A DNA stretch of 35,392 nt from Basidioascus undulatus (Eukaryota): contig JTLS01000251.1 in NCBI GenBank assembly GCA_000826855.1, positions 1-35,392 on the forward strand, given 5' to 3'. The notes beneath the pieces are model-generated. The model saw only the letters and a program-made list of their open reading frames with translations. It ran no database searches and was not told the origin of the DNA. This document shows positions 12,474-25,318 of this stretch, one piece after another (the stretch's first letter is position 1; each line of letters begins with the position of its first letter). A program made the position numbers and the translations under genes.

Positions 12474-13490
12474 ATGCCTCAACATCACAAGAGGGCGAGA
12501 CATGTGGAAGAGCGGAAGCCGATGAACGACCCGAGAATGGCCCAAGGTACCTTTATAACAGCTCGTGCCTTCCCAAAAGCATCTAAAGTAAGCCCCTCGG
12601 AACAGCTTGAAGGCAAAGAAAGAACACACAGCGAGCTGCGATTGGCTTTTCTCCTCATCTTGCTGCATGAGCAGCTCTCTTCCCCACCCTCTTCCCAGAA
12701 GTATTCTTTCTATCACGCCTCCATCCTATCACTACACTCGCCACAATATCGACAGCCATACTACCTCGGCGCCGTCCCCTACCCACGACGCGGCCGAGCC
12801 CACAGTTCTGTGCACCTCGAAACTCGGTCGGCCCAGCTGGACGCTCGAAAACGAAGAGAGCTACCGAGCCATGAACTACGCACGGTTCAAGCATGATCCA
12901 GAAGCGGGCTTTTGCCGCCCTTGACATTCTCGAGGCCCACTTTCCTAGACGCTTAGAAGCGTGGCGAAATCGACGCCCGCGGCAACGAGATGTTTACCAG
13001 GCTTGAGGAGCACATCGGCTGCACCTACACTCTCCTTGTCAGACTCTACAGCTGGGTTGGTGAGTGTATCGCTGTATTTGTCTTCACCATGGCTCACTTT
13101 GAATGGAGTACTCCTAGATCTCTACATCTATCGCGAGGCTTTTGCCGCTGATCAAGCTCGGGAGCGTGAGGTCAGCGAAGAACATGCCATGCAGGAAGTC
13201 CTTGCTGACCTTCAGCGCGTGAAGAGTTGGTGCGTTCAGTTCCAGGCTCCCTTTCAGACACGATTCGTAGCTGATGCTGCCTCCCTGTAGCCGTCACATC
13301 ATCCTGGCAGTGTCTCTTCCAACATCCGCCGGCGTCACGACTGTCGCGCTTCTTGAACGCGATCGTCGCGATGGGTGGAGGAGCTCACTAGCTGCGGGAG
13401 CACGGTCGAGATGAACATCACATCTGCCGCCCCTCCGCACCGCCATGGCATCCCAGCGGCAAGCGCCTGAAACCACATCAAGCTGACATG
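12474..13490 (+). other. Possible degenerate multi-exon gene of unknown function
   Basis: Canonical-looking introns (GTAAGC about 12588, GTGAGT about 13060, GTGCGT about 13230) flank short frames such as DLYIYREAFAADQAREREVSEEHAMQEVLADLQRV, but stops interrupt the middle; no recognisable domain. Confidence 0.2.
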
Positions 13491-13766
13491 AGCCAAGGCT
13501 TAAATACGTTTTGCACGGCACATGTCTAACAACACATAATCTAATCAACTGACTGGTACTTTGTAGATCACTTGCCGCTGCGAATCAGTGTTCTTCCAAG
13601 AACTGCCCGTGTCGCGGAGTCCAAGCGGGGTCCGGACGACTGCCTGGTCGTTGCCGCTCGCCATACCTCCTCGTTCACGCCCGTCATCTCTATTATTGTT
13701 CTGCCCTCGTAGGCCTATCTCCGTTTGTATTGAACATGTTTAACACGAAGAATTTAGCTTTCGTAA

Positions 13767-13869
13767 GACCAGATGGCCGAGTGGTTAAGGCGACAGACTA
13801 GAATGATATCTATCTACGCTGATCATCTGTTGGGCTCTGCCCGCGTAGGTTCAAATCCTGCTCTGGTCG
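13767..13869 (+). tRNA. tRNA-Ser(AGA) with 21-nt intron (13804-13824)
   Basis: Acceptor stem GACCAGA/TCTGGTC, A-box TGGCCGAGTGGTTAAGG, anticodon stem ACAGA/TCTGT with CT-AGA-A loop, long variable arm GGGCTCTGCCC, B-box GGTTCAAATCC, discriminator G, followed by TTTT. Confidence 0.97.
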
Positions 13870-15581
13870 GACACTTTTGCTGCTGAAAAACACATCGAGA
13901 GATGCTGGCAACCGTTAGGTAGGGAGACTGACGCACGCCTCGTTTGTGTGGAGAGGTCGAGGGTGGCAGCCACCTCCACAGTCTCGCACGTCCCGGGCAT
14001 CCCACACATTCTTACCTGGGGATGTTCCAACCCACAAATCGACCATATTTTCCTTTCAGTGGTCGGTGAACACGCCGAGCGTGCGACCGGCAAGGCAGCT
14101 GCAGCTGAGCGCCGTTGCCAGCCTGATGTTTCGTGCCCCTTCAAGCAATCATGCAAGAGCGTGAGCATAAGAGCCTTGCTTTTCTTTCAGATGTGCACTT
14201 ACACTTCTTACTCGATAGCTTAATGTGGGGCGGAAATTCGTGTTGAGGCAGGGAGCGTCGTCCTACCGATGGTCTCTCACTATTTCGGTATTGCGGGTTT
14301 TTCGCTAAGAGCGAACCTCGTTACGCCTGTCCCAGGTTTCTGAAAATATTCCCTAATCACATCAAGAGCGTTCCATGTGGGCTCGTTCACAGTCTGATGA
14401 GCGCGAGGCTGCGTATGCCGGATGCCAGACCATGCTGGGGAGTAGTGAGCTTGCCCTGTACCCAAACACGCCATACCTAGAGAATGCTGATGTGAGCGTC
14501 GGAAACTTTGTTTTAGGGTTAGATCGCCGGCAGCTTGTCGGCCAAATTGACTGCAAATGTATGACTGAAGTCTGAAGGGGACGCACCTTCACAGAGAAGT
14601 TCCGCGTTCCCCTTTCGCAGCCAGCAATGCCTGTCGCGTTCCTCCCATCCGTTCCAGTCACCAAGCAGTCACATCGAAAATAATTACCCATGCTTTTTTC
14701 TAAACTACTCGCCCGCGTGTATGTCCAGTTTAATTCCCCTGTGAAAGACACGGCGGTTAGTTCTGTCTTGTCCGCCTCCCATCGGCCGTCATGATTCGAG
14801 CCCCCGAGACGCGCCGTCTCCCGACCCCTCCATTCTCCGTCGTGGGCAATTCCTGTCCATGTCGGTGGGTAGGCGGTGAGCGACATGACATTCCTCCCTA
14901 CCAGTACCTTTCCTCATCTTGCGGCATTTTGATGCTTCGCTGTGCCTTGTCGCTGTTGACCATGCATTATTAGCGATCGTCGATCGTGACCGGTTTCATA
15001 CGCCTTTCGACATCTTCACTTTTCACTGAGGAATGGGGCCAGTATTATCGCTCCGCCCGGTGCCCAACGCCTACACCGTGCGAAGTTTCGCAAGCTGGCC
15101 AGATGCGCCGCGCAGAGCGTTCTCACCGTTCAGCTGTACGCATAGTGTAATCATGTGCGTCCGCCAGCATGCTTGGAGAGATACATGCATTGCCTGATTT
15201 GCTCGACATGGTCATCGTCGACAGGGCGTGTTTCTGCTTAACAATCCCGACGTAGACTAAGCGCACCAACCATCTGCGCTGCCACTTCGTCTCCCTTCCA
15301 ACAGCGGATCGTGGCAGCCGTCTCTCTATGCCCTGCTTGCTACCCTGCCCACACAGTGCAGGGGTAAACCAGCGCCAAAACCAGACGTCTCACCTCTCGT
15401 ATGTTATGCTGCCGTCTGCCAGCTTCCGCAGAGGCGGGCAGTTTCCTCACGAGACACAATTTATCCAGTCGTTCCCGTATGCAGTTCATATCATGTTAAA
15501 TCAATTGAGTTGGTTGTACTTTAGATTGCAGGGTATGAGAGTGCCCGTGTGCGTATGCGCTCGGGCTGACGGTGAAGCAAA

Positions 15582-17922
15582 TCAGTAGCGCAGCGAGCTG
15601 CTGAGGATTTGCGAGAGGTGCTCCTCGGCGTCGCTGCCGCTGGGCTCGAAGCCAGGCGCGAGGTCGAGAACGCGGCGCTGGGGGAGCGTGCCCTTGACCC
15701 TGCGCAACGAGAGATAACGGTAAGCTTCGGAGCAGACAGCGAATGTAGGAAACTCGTTATCGCAACGTACAGCGCGGGCACGTCCGCAGAAGTGTACCCG
15801 ATCGCCTCGAGACCGCGGGGAACGCCGAGGTTGTCCAGGAAGGCAGCAATACGGTCGCTGTTGATTGGCGAGGGCGAGTCAGCGTTGCAACAGCGGACGA
15901 GGGCCCATACAACGCACAAGATCAGCTCGCCGACAGCCGAGTCGGGGAGGCGAGCAACATCTCCAGACTCGGACTCGAGCCCAGCGAAGATGGTGGCTGC
16001 CTCGCGGTGCCGGTCGGGGTCGGAGGGTGCGGTGAAGCGGAAGACAGCGGGACCAGTCAGGGCGACGCTGGGGTGGCGGTGGAAGCAGTTAAAGATAAGC
16101 TTCCCAGTCATAGCGAAGGGCAACCTGGGAAGGTACGGACCTGACGCCGTGAGGGACGATCGGTGAGTCAACCTGATAACCCGGGTGGCGGTACTTCGGC
16201 CCGACCTTGTTCAGGCCGGAGATCTGTGAAGACGCCCGCTCAGCTCGCGCGAACCCAGCAATGGAAGTGAGAGATGCGAACTGACCGGGTAAGAGGCAGC
16301 GTGGCACAAGTGAACACCGGCGTTGCCGAAACCGATGCCAGCAAAGGTCGCAGCGAGGAGCATCTGCCGCTTGGCCTCCTTGTCCGTCGGGTCCTTGGCA
16401 ACACGCGGGAGGTACTTGACAGTCTGCTTGAGCGCCCAAAGGGAGAAGACATCTGCCCGAAGGACATTATCAGGGTAAGCCCGCCTACCGGAAAATCGGG
16501 AAGCGACTCACCGGAAATGGGGTTCCGGCCCTGGTAGGCGGGACGCTCAAGCGGGTGCTTCGGGCGAGGAATACGCTCGTTGTACGGGATGGCCGTGTAG
16601 GACTCCATGGCGTGGAAGAGCTGAAAAGGGGGCGGGGATTAACACTATGGAAGGCAAAGGGCGGAAACCGAGCCTGGGACGCACGACATCGAGACCGGAG
16701 GAGATGTGCACAGCGACAGGACAGGTGTCGGTGTTCAGAGAATCGACGACGCCGAGAGTTCTGTATTAAATGAGGTTGTCAATACAACACTTTTGGAATG
16801 CATTGCCGGCTAAGATGAACTGACGGCTTGAGCGCGCGGTTGGCGATACCCTGCGAGGCGCAACCAGATCAGCTACATCCACCCACAGACAGCAAATACC
16901 AATAAGAGCTTACCGTCTTCGCGTTCAAAGAGCTGATGTCGCAGATGGCCGTGCCAGTCGTCTCAGAACCGGTACCGGCAGTCGTCGGCACCGCAATGAG
17001 CGGGCGGAGCTTCTCAGCGATCGGGAGGCCCTTCCCGATTGGCGCATTGATGAAGTCCAGCAAGGGAGATTCCTTGTAAACAGTGAAGAGGTTGGCCGTC
17101 TTGGCCGTGTCGATCACGGAACCACCACCGACGCTGCAGGTGGAAGGCGCTGTTCAGTTGTAGCCCCACGACCGGGACGCGATGCAAAACAAGATCGCGG
17201 ATGTACGCCAGGAAGTGAGAAAAGTCGTGCTGCCTCGAGAAGTCGATGGCTTCTTGCCAGCTGAAACAGAGGAACTAGTTAGCGACAGAGACAGGGAACA
17301 TGTCGAGCAACAGCAGGCGTACCTCTGCTCGTTTGGCTCGCACTTGACCCGGTCATACAGCTTGTATGGTACACCCTGCGCCTCGAGCGAAGCGATGGCC
17401 TATACCGAAAGCCTCACTCAGCAAGGGCATGACCCAGTGACTACACGGCCGAAAAGGGCCGGAAACAGACGCACAGTCTCGACCGGCTGCAGCTTGCCCA
17501 CTACGGGGTCCGTAAAGACGCCGACCTGTTCTCCGCCACTCCTACATCAGGGGTCGTCTAATTCTCGGACAGTGAAAATGGACGAACCAATTTCGCGCCC
17601 ATTCCCTTCAAGTCCATCCCGACCTCCCTCGTAACACCCTCCCCAAAGCGCAAATTGGACGCAGCGATCTGCCCTCCACACGCGCCCCTCTCAGCATAAA
17701 TTCGCCTCCCGTCCAGCGAGAGTTGCGCACCTCGAAGGCGTATTCAGTCTCCGGCTGCTCAACAGGCGTCGCAAGCCCCCTCCCGGCTCCCGCCATCCCC
17801 GGAAGCTGCGCAGGGGTGCAAGTTGGGCAGCGACATCCGGGCGAGTGGACGCGAGAGATGAGGCTGCGCGCTGTGGTGCGCGAGACGGGGGCGGGGACGC
17901 GGAGAATGGGGGTCAGACGCAT
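15582..17922 (-). CDS. ADHFE1: Mitochondrial hydroxyacid-oxoacid transhydrogenase (Fe-ADH family, HOT), multi-exon
   Basis: Presequence plus [89 protein letters not shown]; stop TGA 15582-15584. Confidence 0.93.
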
Positions 17923-20488
17923 GCTGGGGGATGATGGGTAAGGCTGGATGGAGATGGTTGAGGGAGCGTTGGGGTTCGATTGGGAGGTGGGGCAGGGAAG
18001 GCGCAGGGGTTTAGCTGAGCGAGGCGGCTGAGGCGGGCCAGGGTTTACCGTTAGCCGGTTCGGAACTTCGTGCCGGCGCTCCGTTGTGGAGGACAATCGT
18101 TTTCTTTCTTGAAATCCCTTTCTGTGTTCATAAAATCTTAAGGAATATGTACAGGAATTGCTACAGACCTCCAGAACGACTTTTCGAAAAGTGTGCTTTG
18201 ATTCTTACCCAACGGCAACGTTGGCCGCATGTTAGTTGAGTATGAGAAACCCGGAGAAGTCGACGATATTTGAAGGCTCTAGTGAGATGTGCACACCACA
18301 CACTTGTGAACACGACCCTGCTCTCTACACAGTGCACCGATAAACGGAATGTAACGATGAACCAATAATTTTGAAAAGGGAGAGGAGCCTTGCCAAACTG
18401 AAAGTAGGATACATTAAAGGTGCTCGATTGCTGGCATGAAACCCTTCCAGGGATACAAAACAGCAACGCCCCAACACGCCAGCGGCAGTGGCCGAAAACC
18501 TGTGACGGGTTATTGAGTGAGGCATGGATGATGGTGCCACTTGTGTGGGGGTTGAGAGGGATACATAGGCTTTCATTTTAGGTGTGATGCCGTTTTCCAG
18601 GAACGTACAGGAAGGTACAGAGCGGGTCCCACCCCTGGTCGCTGTAGTGCGTTTCTGGGAAGCAGTCTGATGCATTGGGCAGACGAGTGGTGGCATAGTT
18701 CCTTCCGATATGGGCTTGCATATCTTGGCGCATCCCAATAGGAGACAGCCGAGGCAACAAGAGCGGTCGACGCCCTGGTGCGTATGGTCAGGGTAGTGTC
18801 GTAGAAGCATCTTGGCCTGATGTGTTGCAATGTTGTCAATGCTTCATATAAGAAATTCAACCCAAAAGTATCGACTGCAAATCCTCGTCGCGGATTTTTT
18901 TAGCCATCCAAAGGCAGATGTCCATCTGCATGAGCGCGCTTTACACAGCACGCCCTTAGCAGCAGTCGCGAACGCACACCCCTGGCCCAATCCAAGATTG
19001 CACGACAAGCTTTGGATTTCACAGTTCAGTTTCAGATCACTCATAAGTGAAATTATTCAAGATTGTTTATAAAAGCGAGCGTCTACGTGTTCAGGGATTC
19101 GGAAGACTTTGTAACACGCAAAGGAGGAACCAGCATTCCCCATCATGCCCGGGAAGCTGGAGGGTTGCACGGGCACATTGGTCTTGCACAGTGTACTATG
19201 CACTACCAGTGTGGGGATTCAAAGGCACCGCAATATGCTTTACTGGCGTGATTCGAAGCGTTCTTACCCGGAAAACAGAAGACGAGAAATCGCTGGCTGG
19301 ATCTGCCGAGCAAAGAGACGCGAAGTCTGGACGAAGACGTACACAAGCCGACAATGATGGAGCAAAAGATTGATCACAGGAGATACAGCACTGAGAGTGG
19401 TCAGGCAAGCACGGGAAGGCAATTACGACGAGGAGGAAATGAAGACCTTCTTGCCAGCGGTGAGCGGAACTTGAGCTTGGACTCGGGACATTGCCTCATC
19501 AGCTGTAAGCCAGCGAAGAGCTGTGCGAAAAGCGGGTGCACTTTCATTCGTAATGCATATTCCTATCTCTTTCAACTTCATGCTTGCCTCCCTTGAACTC
19601 GATCTTGCCCCACAACCTGCTTGAGCGCCTCGACGAAGTGGCTGAACTGCAGCGACTTTATCGCGCTGTCTGTGGTCCAAGAGGAGATTGCAAGGTGAGC
19701 GATTCAACTGTTGCTCATTTGTGGAGTGATTCTTTCTTGTTTGTTTCTGCCGGTCCCTATCCGTGGCCACGAACCCGTGCGGTGTGCGGCATCATTAGCC
19801 GGCTATAGCGTTGAAGCCTCTATCCAGTTCCTCTGTCCCGACGGGAGTCGAGGGGCCAGAGAGTGCTTGGGAGGAACATTTTCATCTCTTCAATACAAAT
19901 TTTACTTAACACTCCCGACCACCCAGCTGAGACTCATGAAGGGCGGATGGACAGGATTCACTGAGTTGGAACGTGCTTGCTTTCACCGAGCTGGCCCCTA
20001 GAGTCGGCCTGTCCACCTTGAATGCAAGGCATACAAAAGTAGACTTTACACTTCGATCCTTTGTTTCGTGCGGGAAGTTATTGTGGCTGCCTCGTCCTCC
20101 TCAGCAGTGACATGATGCGCCCGCTACACAAGGCGGCGAGTCCCTCCGTTCAAAACCTGCACTCCGCCGCGTCCAGGGAGCCCAGGCACCCCTGCGAGGC
20201 ACATGTATATCGATGAATACCGTATCTTTATGATGGGTGTGCTGTTCGATGAATTGGTATGCGCTTGACGATGGTAAAACAACAGGCAAGCACAAGTATT
20301 CTACAACAATGCAACATCTTGCAATCGGAACAGAAAGAAAAGGGCATGAACAGACGTCGCGTTCGTTGAGAGTCGACCCGCCCGCGGACACTGCGCCGAT
20401 GAACCAACCACCATTCTCGCTCAATGTCCACCCAATTTTCCAACACATCATATATAGCTGGTACAGACCTCAGGAAGAAGCGGCTACA

Positions 20489-20626
20489 TCACTTGAGGGG
20501 GCACCCATCAGCGTGCGACGACGCCGTCCCGCCACAGAAGCTGCAGCCCGCCTCGCTCTGGCCCGAGCCGTTCGTCTTGCGGTCGACGAGCGCCAGGAGC
20601 GCGTGGCGGAAGTAGTGGAGGGACAT
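20489..20626 (-). CDS. 45-aa microprotein with CX2CX6HX3C putative zinc-binding motif
   Basis: MSLHYFRHALLALVDRKTNGSGQSEAGCSFCGGTASSHADGCPLK*; almost all codons end in G/C like the real genes here; TATATA at 20811-20816 upstream. Confidence 0.6.
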   Translation of the reverse strand: MSLHYFRHALLALVDRKTNGSGQSEAGCSFCGGTASSHADGCPLK

Positions 20627-21157
20627 GGGTTGCACTTATGTGGCCTTAGGGCAGTGGCGGTTGAGAGTCACGGCGGGTGGCGCGCTCAAAGGCTGACGTT
20701 CGAAGGGGGTTGGTGGTGGTCTTGCGACCAACAACCGGGGCAGGCTTTATGAGGGAACCCGGCCTTGACTCTTAAATCGCCTCAACGTTCCGACTTCGGC
20801 CGACGGCTGATATATACGAGAAGCGCAGCGGCAGCGAGTGCGAATGACAAAACGAGCGGGTGCGGCAGGAGACCAGACAGCGAAGACGGGCCGCAAGCGG
20901 TCGCATGCGGCGTTGCGTTGCGGCATTCGTTGACCGATTCTGCTCCCGAGTTTGGGTTCGGTTCCGTTCGGATGTACCTCTTGTTGTTTTCAGCGAAACT
21001 GTACTCGAACACACGTAAATCAAGCATTACATAGACGCCAGACACGAAACCAAATAAGAGCGAAGTGAAAAGCGAATGAGCGAAAAGGACACTAGCAGTC
21101 GTCCGCTGTAAATAAGAAACAGCCTAGAAAGCAGAAAAATATAGTCATGATCGTAAA

Positions 21158-24100
21158 CTAATACGGCGAGTCGACGATGGAGGAGCGAGAGCGGAGGTTC
21201 TTTGTCGGTGTGGAGAGGAGCGACTGCCGCGAGGGCTTGGCGAGCTGCTTCCGGTCGACCTGGAGGACGTTGTTGGGCAGGACGGCGACCTGTAAATGCA
21301 AGCGCGGCGACCTAGTCAGCAACCGCCTCCCTAATTCCCAGACTGAAACGCACGATCTTGCGGTCGTTGTCGAACCGGAACTGGTCTGCGACGACCTTGT
21401 CGCCGTAGCTGCGGGGTTCGCGCATTCAACGTCAGTCAAGATGCAAGAGCTGCGGGGGGATGATGGTCAGGAGGCCGACGCACTTTCGGATCTTGTAGTC
21501 GTCCAGACGGCCCTGCTTGACGCGGCGGAAGTTGAAGGTGATGACGTAGGGGCCCGTGGAAGTGACGATGGTCTGAAAGAGGGGAAACGCATGAGACTCG
21601 CTCGTATGCGTCACAACGAGCTGTAAAAACGCACCGTCTCGCTCTCGTTCTCGCCGACGTTGAACCTGGGTCGAAACAGCGTTGAGCGGGCGGTTACAAG
21701 GAGAGAGAAGGGGAAAGAAGAGCCGAAGATACCTTGCGGGTGTGAAGCTGACCTCCTGGTCCATGTACGCGACGTGCTCGGGTTTGAGCGTAAGGCGGCG
21801 GGGGATGGGCTTCGCGTCCGCGGGGAAGCTGCGGTCGAAGCCGCTGCTTCCCGCGTACCGCCCGGAGCCAATCTCGGTGTTGATCAAGAGCAAGTAAGTC
21901 TTGCACGTGGCAATAACCCACTTCCCATCGGCGGTGACATCAATGCCGAGGATGGGGTCTCCGAGCGCCGGCAGAGCCGTCTTGGCGAACTTTCCGATCG
22001 TGTCGAACAGGCGGATGTCGCCCTTGTTGCTCGCGACGGCGACCTTGCCCGCGCCGGTGGTCGTGACGGCGGAGAAGTCGTTCTTGGCCTGGTACTGCTT
22101 GAACTGGCTGTCGACGAGCTTGTCGCGCCCGCCGAGGCGCGGGTCGACGCGGAAGAGCGCGTTGTGCGACGTCCCCACGAACGTCTGCGCCGGCGTCATC
22201 TGCGCATACTTCGCGTCCGGCGTGATGTTGTTCACGGAGACGCCCTCGGTCAGTCGCCACTCGTCGACGACCTTGCCCGTCTCGAGGTCGAGGTGGTAGA
22301 GCGCATGCGCATTGGACGGGTCCATCATCACCATCGATGAGTCCTGGTTGTGGAGCATGACCTGAAAACCCCACCCCCACACACACATCAGCATCGCATT
22401 CCATCTCCAAAGCAGCAGAACGAACAAGCAGCGCACTTTCTTCGGCGCAAACGCCTTCCCGCCCGGCGTCGCGAGCGACTTGATGTTGGCGACGAACTTG
22501 ACCTCGTCGTCGTCGGTCTGGCTGAAGACGCCGATCGAGTTACCGCGGACGACGAATGAGCGGTCGTTCTTGTACCCGATCGCGAGCTGCGAGTTGGGGT
22601 TCGCGTCCCGCGGCGGGCGCGGCTCGTCGGAGTCCGTCTGCTCCTCGCCCGCGCGAATCGTGCGCGTCACCTCTACCCCACACTCTCCTCCCACATCAGC
22701 ACGCTCCCCACTCCTCCCCCCGAGAACAGAAGACGCACCGTCCTCGCTATCGCTCGCGCCCTGCTCCTCCTCCTCTTCCTCCTCCTCGCTCTCTTCCTCG
22801 TCCTCCTCCTCGACAATGACCATCTCCACGTCCTCGTGGCTCTGGCGCACGAAGCGCTGCTCGTCCGCCTTAGCCTTGGACCAGCTCAGCCCGTTCAGGC
22901 TCTCCCACATATGCTGGGCGAAGCGGTCGCAGAAGGCCTGGTACGAGGCGTCGTCCGTGAAGCGCAGGAGCCACGTGTGCACGTGCGAGTTGCTGTAGTA
23001 GTTCCACATGAAGCTGTGCGAGTCCTGGGAGCCGCCGATGTGGTATGAGCTGGGAACATTCGCTTTTCTGGAATGCGAAAGAGATGAGGGAGGTACGCAC
23101 GGGGTCGTTCTTCGAGTTCATGCTCGAGTCGACGGGCTGACTCAACCACAGCCCGTCCTGTCCCGCGTGCTTGACGACCAGCCAGACTATCCCCACCTCC
23201 CAACACATCAGCACCGCGCTCCAACCCAGCAGTCCGCAGTTGCAGGACCAGAGATTCGGCTCACAGAGGAACTTCCCGACCTCCACAATCGACACGTCCG
23301 CCTCCTCCGCCTGGACCATGAACGTCTCTGCCTGGCGGTCGAAGAGGTACAGCCCCGCGCGCGCCTGGAAGATCGTGTTGCCCTGCGCGGGGTCCTCCGG
23401 CGCAGGCAGCGGGTTCTCGCCCTCGCCCTCGTTCAGGAGCCCGTCCACCTCGTCCTCGTCGTCCGCCCCCGCCGCCGGCTCCTGGATGGTCGTCTTCCCT
23501 AGCGCGGAAGAGAGCTCCGCGACCGCAGGGTCCTCCGACTGCACGGTTGTCGGCGTGCGGAGGCGGGAGGTGTCGGCGGGGGGAGGGGCGCGGAGAGGGG
23601 CTTTGCCTTTGGATTTGAAGGTGGGGGGCGCGTCGCTGGGACAGGAGGCGTCAGCCATGGGTAATATTAAGGTTGCCGGGAGGGAGGCACGCACCCGAAC
23701 CGGAACTGCTCTAACTCCTCCTCCGTGGCATTCTGCGAGCTCCTGCGACGCACGCGCTCATACATGCAAGTGAGCATGGTAGTCTGTCCGTCGCACCACC
23801 AGTCCCTATCAGCGCCACCCACGCCATCCGGGGAAGACCAAGGCGGGCCGCACCTCGAACAGCCCGCGCGTCGCAGCGTTGACGAACTGCGAGTCGACGA
23901 CAAACTCCCACGTGTCGCCCTCGTCGCCCGAGATATCGTCCCAGCGGAAGGACGGCGCGCCCTCGTGCTCGGCCGAGTGGAAGTGCAGCTCCGGGTCGAT
24001 GAGGAACACGCGCTCGTCGTCCGCTGTATTTCCCCCCCCCCCTCTTTAACACAACAACACACTTGCGGTGAAGTGGGACAGACTAAACGCACTCTCTTCA

Positions 24101-24599
24101 TCCTCCTCCAGCAGCTCCTCCTCCCCCTCCTCATACGCCCGAGTAATCACGAGCTGCCAATAGCGGCCTGGTGAGCCCTTCGCGAACGCACAGCAAGCCG
24201 CAGCCTGCGCACCCACCTGGTAGTTGAACTCCTCGGTCGTGCGCCGGATAGTCGCAACCGCGTCTTTGTAGCTGCGCGTAAGACAGATGAATGAGCATGA
24301 CCGCCTCAGTAGCAGCAGCGAAGCCTGAAGACGCACATGCACTCCCGCGAGCCCTTGACCGAGTTAGGGCGGACGAGGTAGAGCTGCCCCGACTGGAGCT
24401 GGACAAGCTCCGGGTTCGTCTCATTGCCTACCATTTCCAACCCTCTTATCAGAACCCATCCCTCGTTCCTGTTACCCCCCAAACGCGCTCAAGCGCACCC
24501 ATGATCTTGCCAAACACTGCCTCCTCCCGAACGCAATGAGTAGGTGGTTCCAGGACACACGGCAGCTGAGACAGACGCACGGCTCTTGACTACAAACAT
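21158..24599 (-). CDS. VID27: Vacuolar import and degradation protein 27, multi-exon
   Basis: MFVVKS start; YQLVITRAYEEGEEELLEED; PH-like domains; NSQLAIGYKNDRSFVVRGNSIGVF; KGDIRLFDTIGKFAKTALPALGDPI; C-terminus SRSSIVDSPY*. Confidence 0.93.
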
Positions 24600-25154
24600 G
24601 GCTGCTGCGCCCGCGGTTTGCACTGATCTGGTGGAGAGTGGATGTGTGCGGGGAGGGCGGATGGCAGGTGGTGATGAGGGTGGCGGTACCGGGCAGGCAG
24701 GCCCGCGGTCGCGCGGTTTCTTTGGCGCGTGAACGCAGTCGCGTTCCGGACGTGATAGCGCGCCCGGTGAGAATTCCGGGATGTCGGCGTAAAGTTGCTT
24801 GCGAGCGACAGGCTCTTTCTCTCTTCTCTCTTCCCTCCCATCAACTTCCCTTCTCACATTCATACACTGACGATGATCATACAGCTTGTTTTCACTCTGC
24901 TTTTCTCTGTCAGCCCTTTCGCCGTCACTGCAGGATCAGCATTCGATTGACCAGCCGCGACCACGGCGCGCTTTCCCGCCTTGCTCGTTCAACCACGTCT
25001 CCGCCTCCGCTCTTTCTCTCTCACCTTGTACCTGTGCGCATTCCCTTTCCTCCATAGGCTTGCGCAACCACGGGCGTACATTGGTCTCAGACCTGGAGTC
25101 AGCGCAACCACCGTCAAGTAATTCGTTCCCTTCCCTTCTCTTTTCCTTCACAAA

Positions 25155-25318
25155 CATCATCCCTATTTAGTAGACCACGGCCGCTCTCATCACCCACAGC
25201 GGCCGTGGGGGAGTATATCACGGGGAAAGAGCATCTTTCTTCCTGGTCTTTGAGCGCTTCTGTATGAGCCGTGCTTTGCCTGGTGCGGTGTGCGGTTGCT
25301 CTGGGCCAGGGTACATTC
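25155..25318 (+). ncRNA. Candidate box H/ACA snoRNA, probably intronic
   Basis: Hairpin 1 with perfect 11-bp stem (25175-25185/25198-25208); H box AGAGCA 25228-25233; hairpin 2 with basal CCTGGTC/GGCCAGG; ACA box 25313-25315. Confidence 0.6.

Noticed and set aside
18100..20450. Lower-GC segment that might be a transposon relic
   Set aside because: No RT, integrase or transposase motif, LTR or TIR could be identified by eye.
24915..24970. Hairpin CGCCGT...ACGGCG upstream of the snoRNA candidate
   Set aside because: No H or ACA box follows, so there is not enough support for a second snoRNA.
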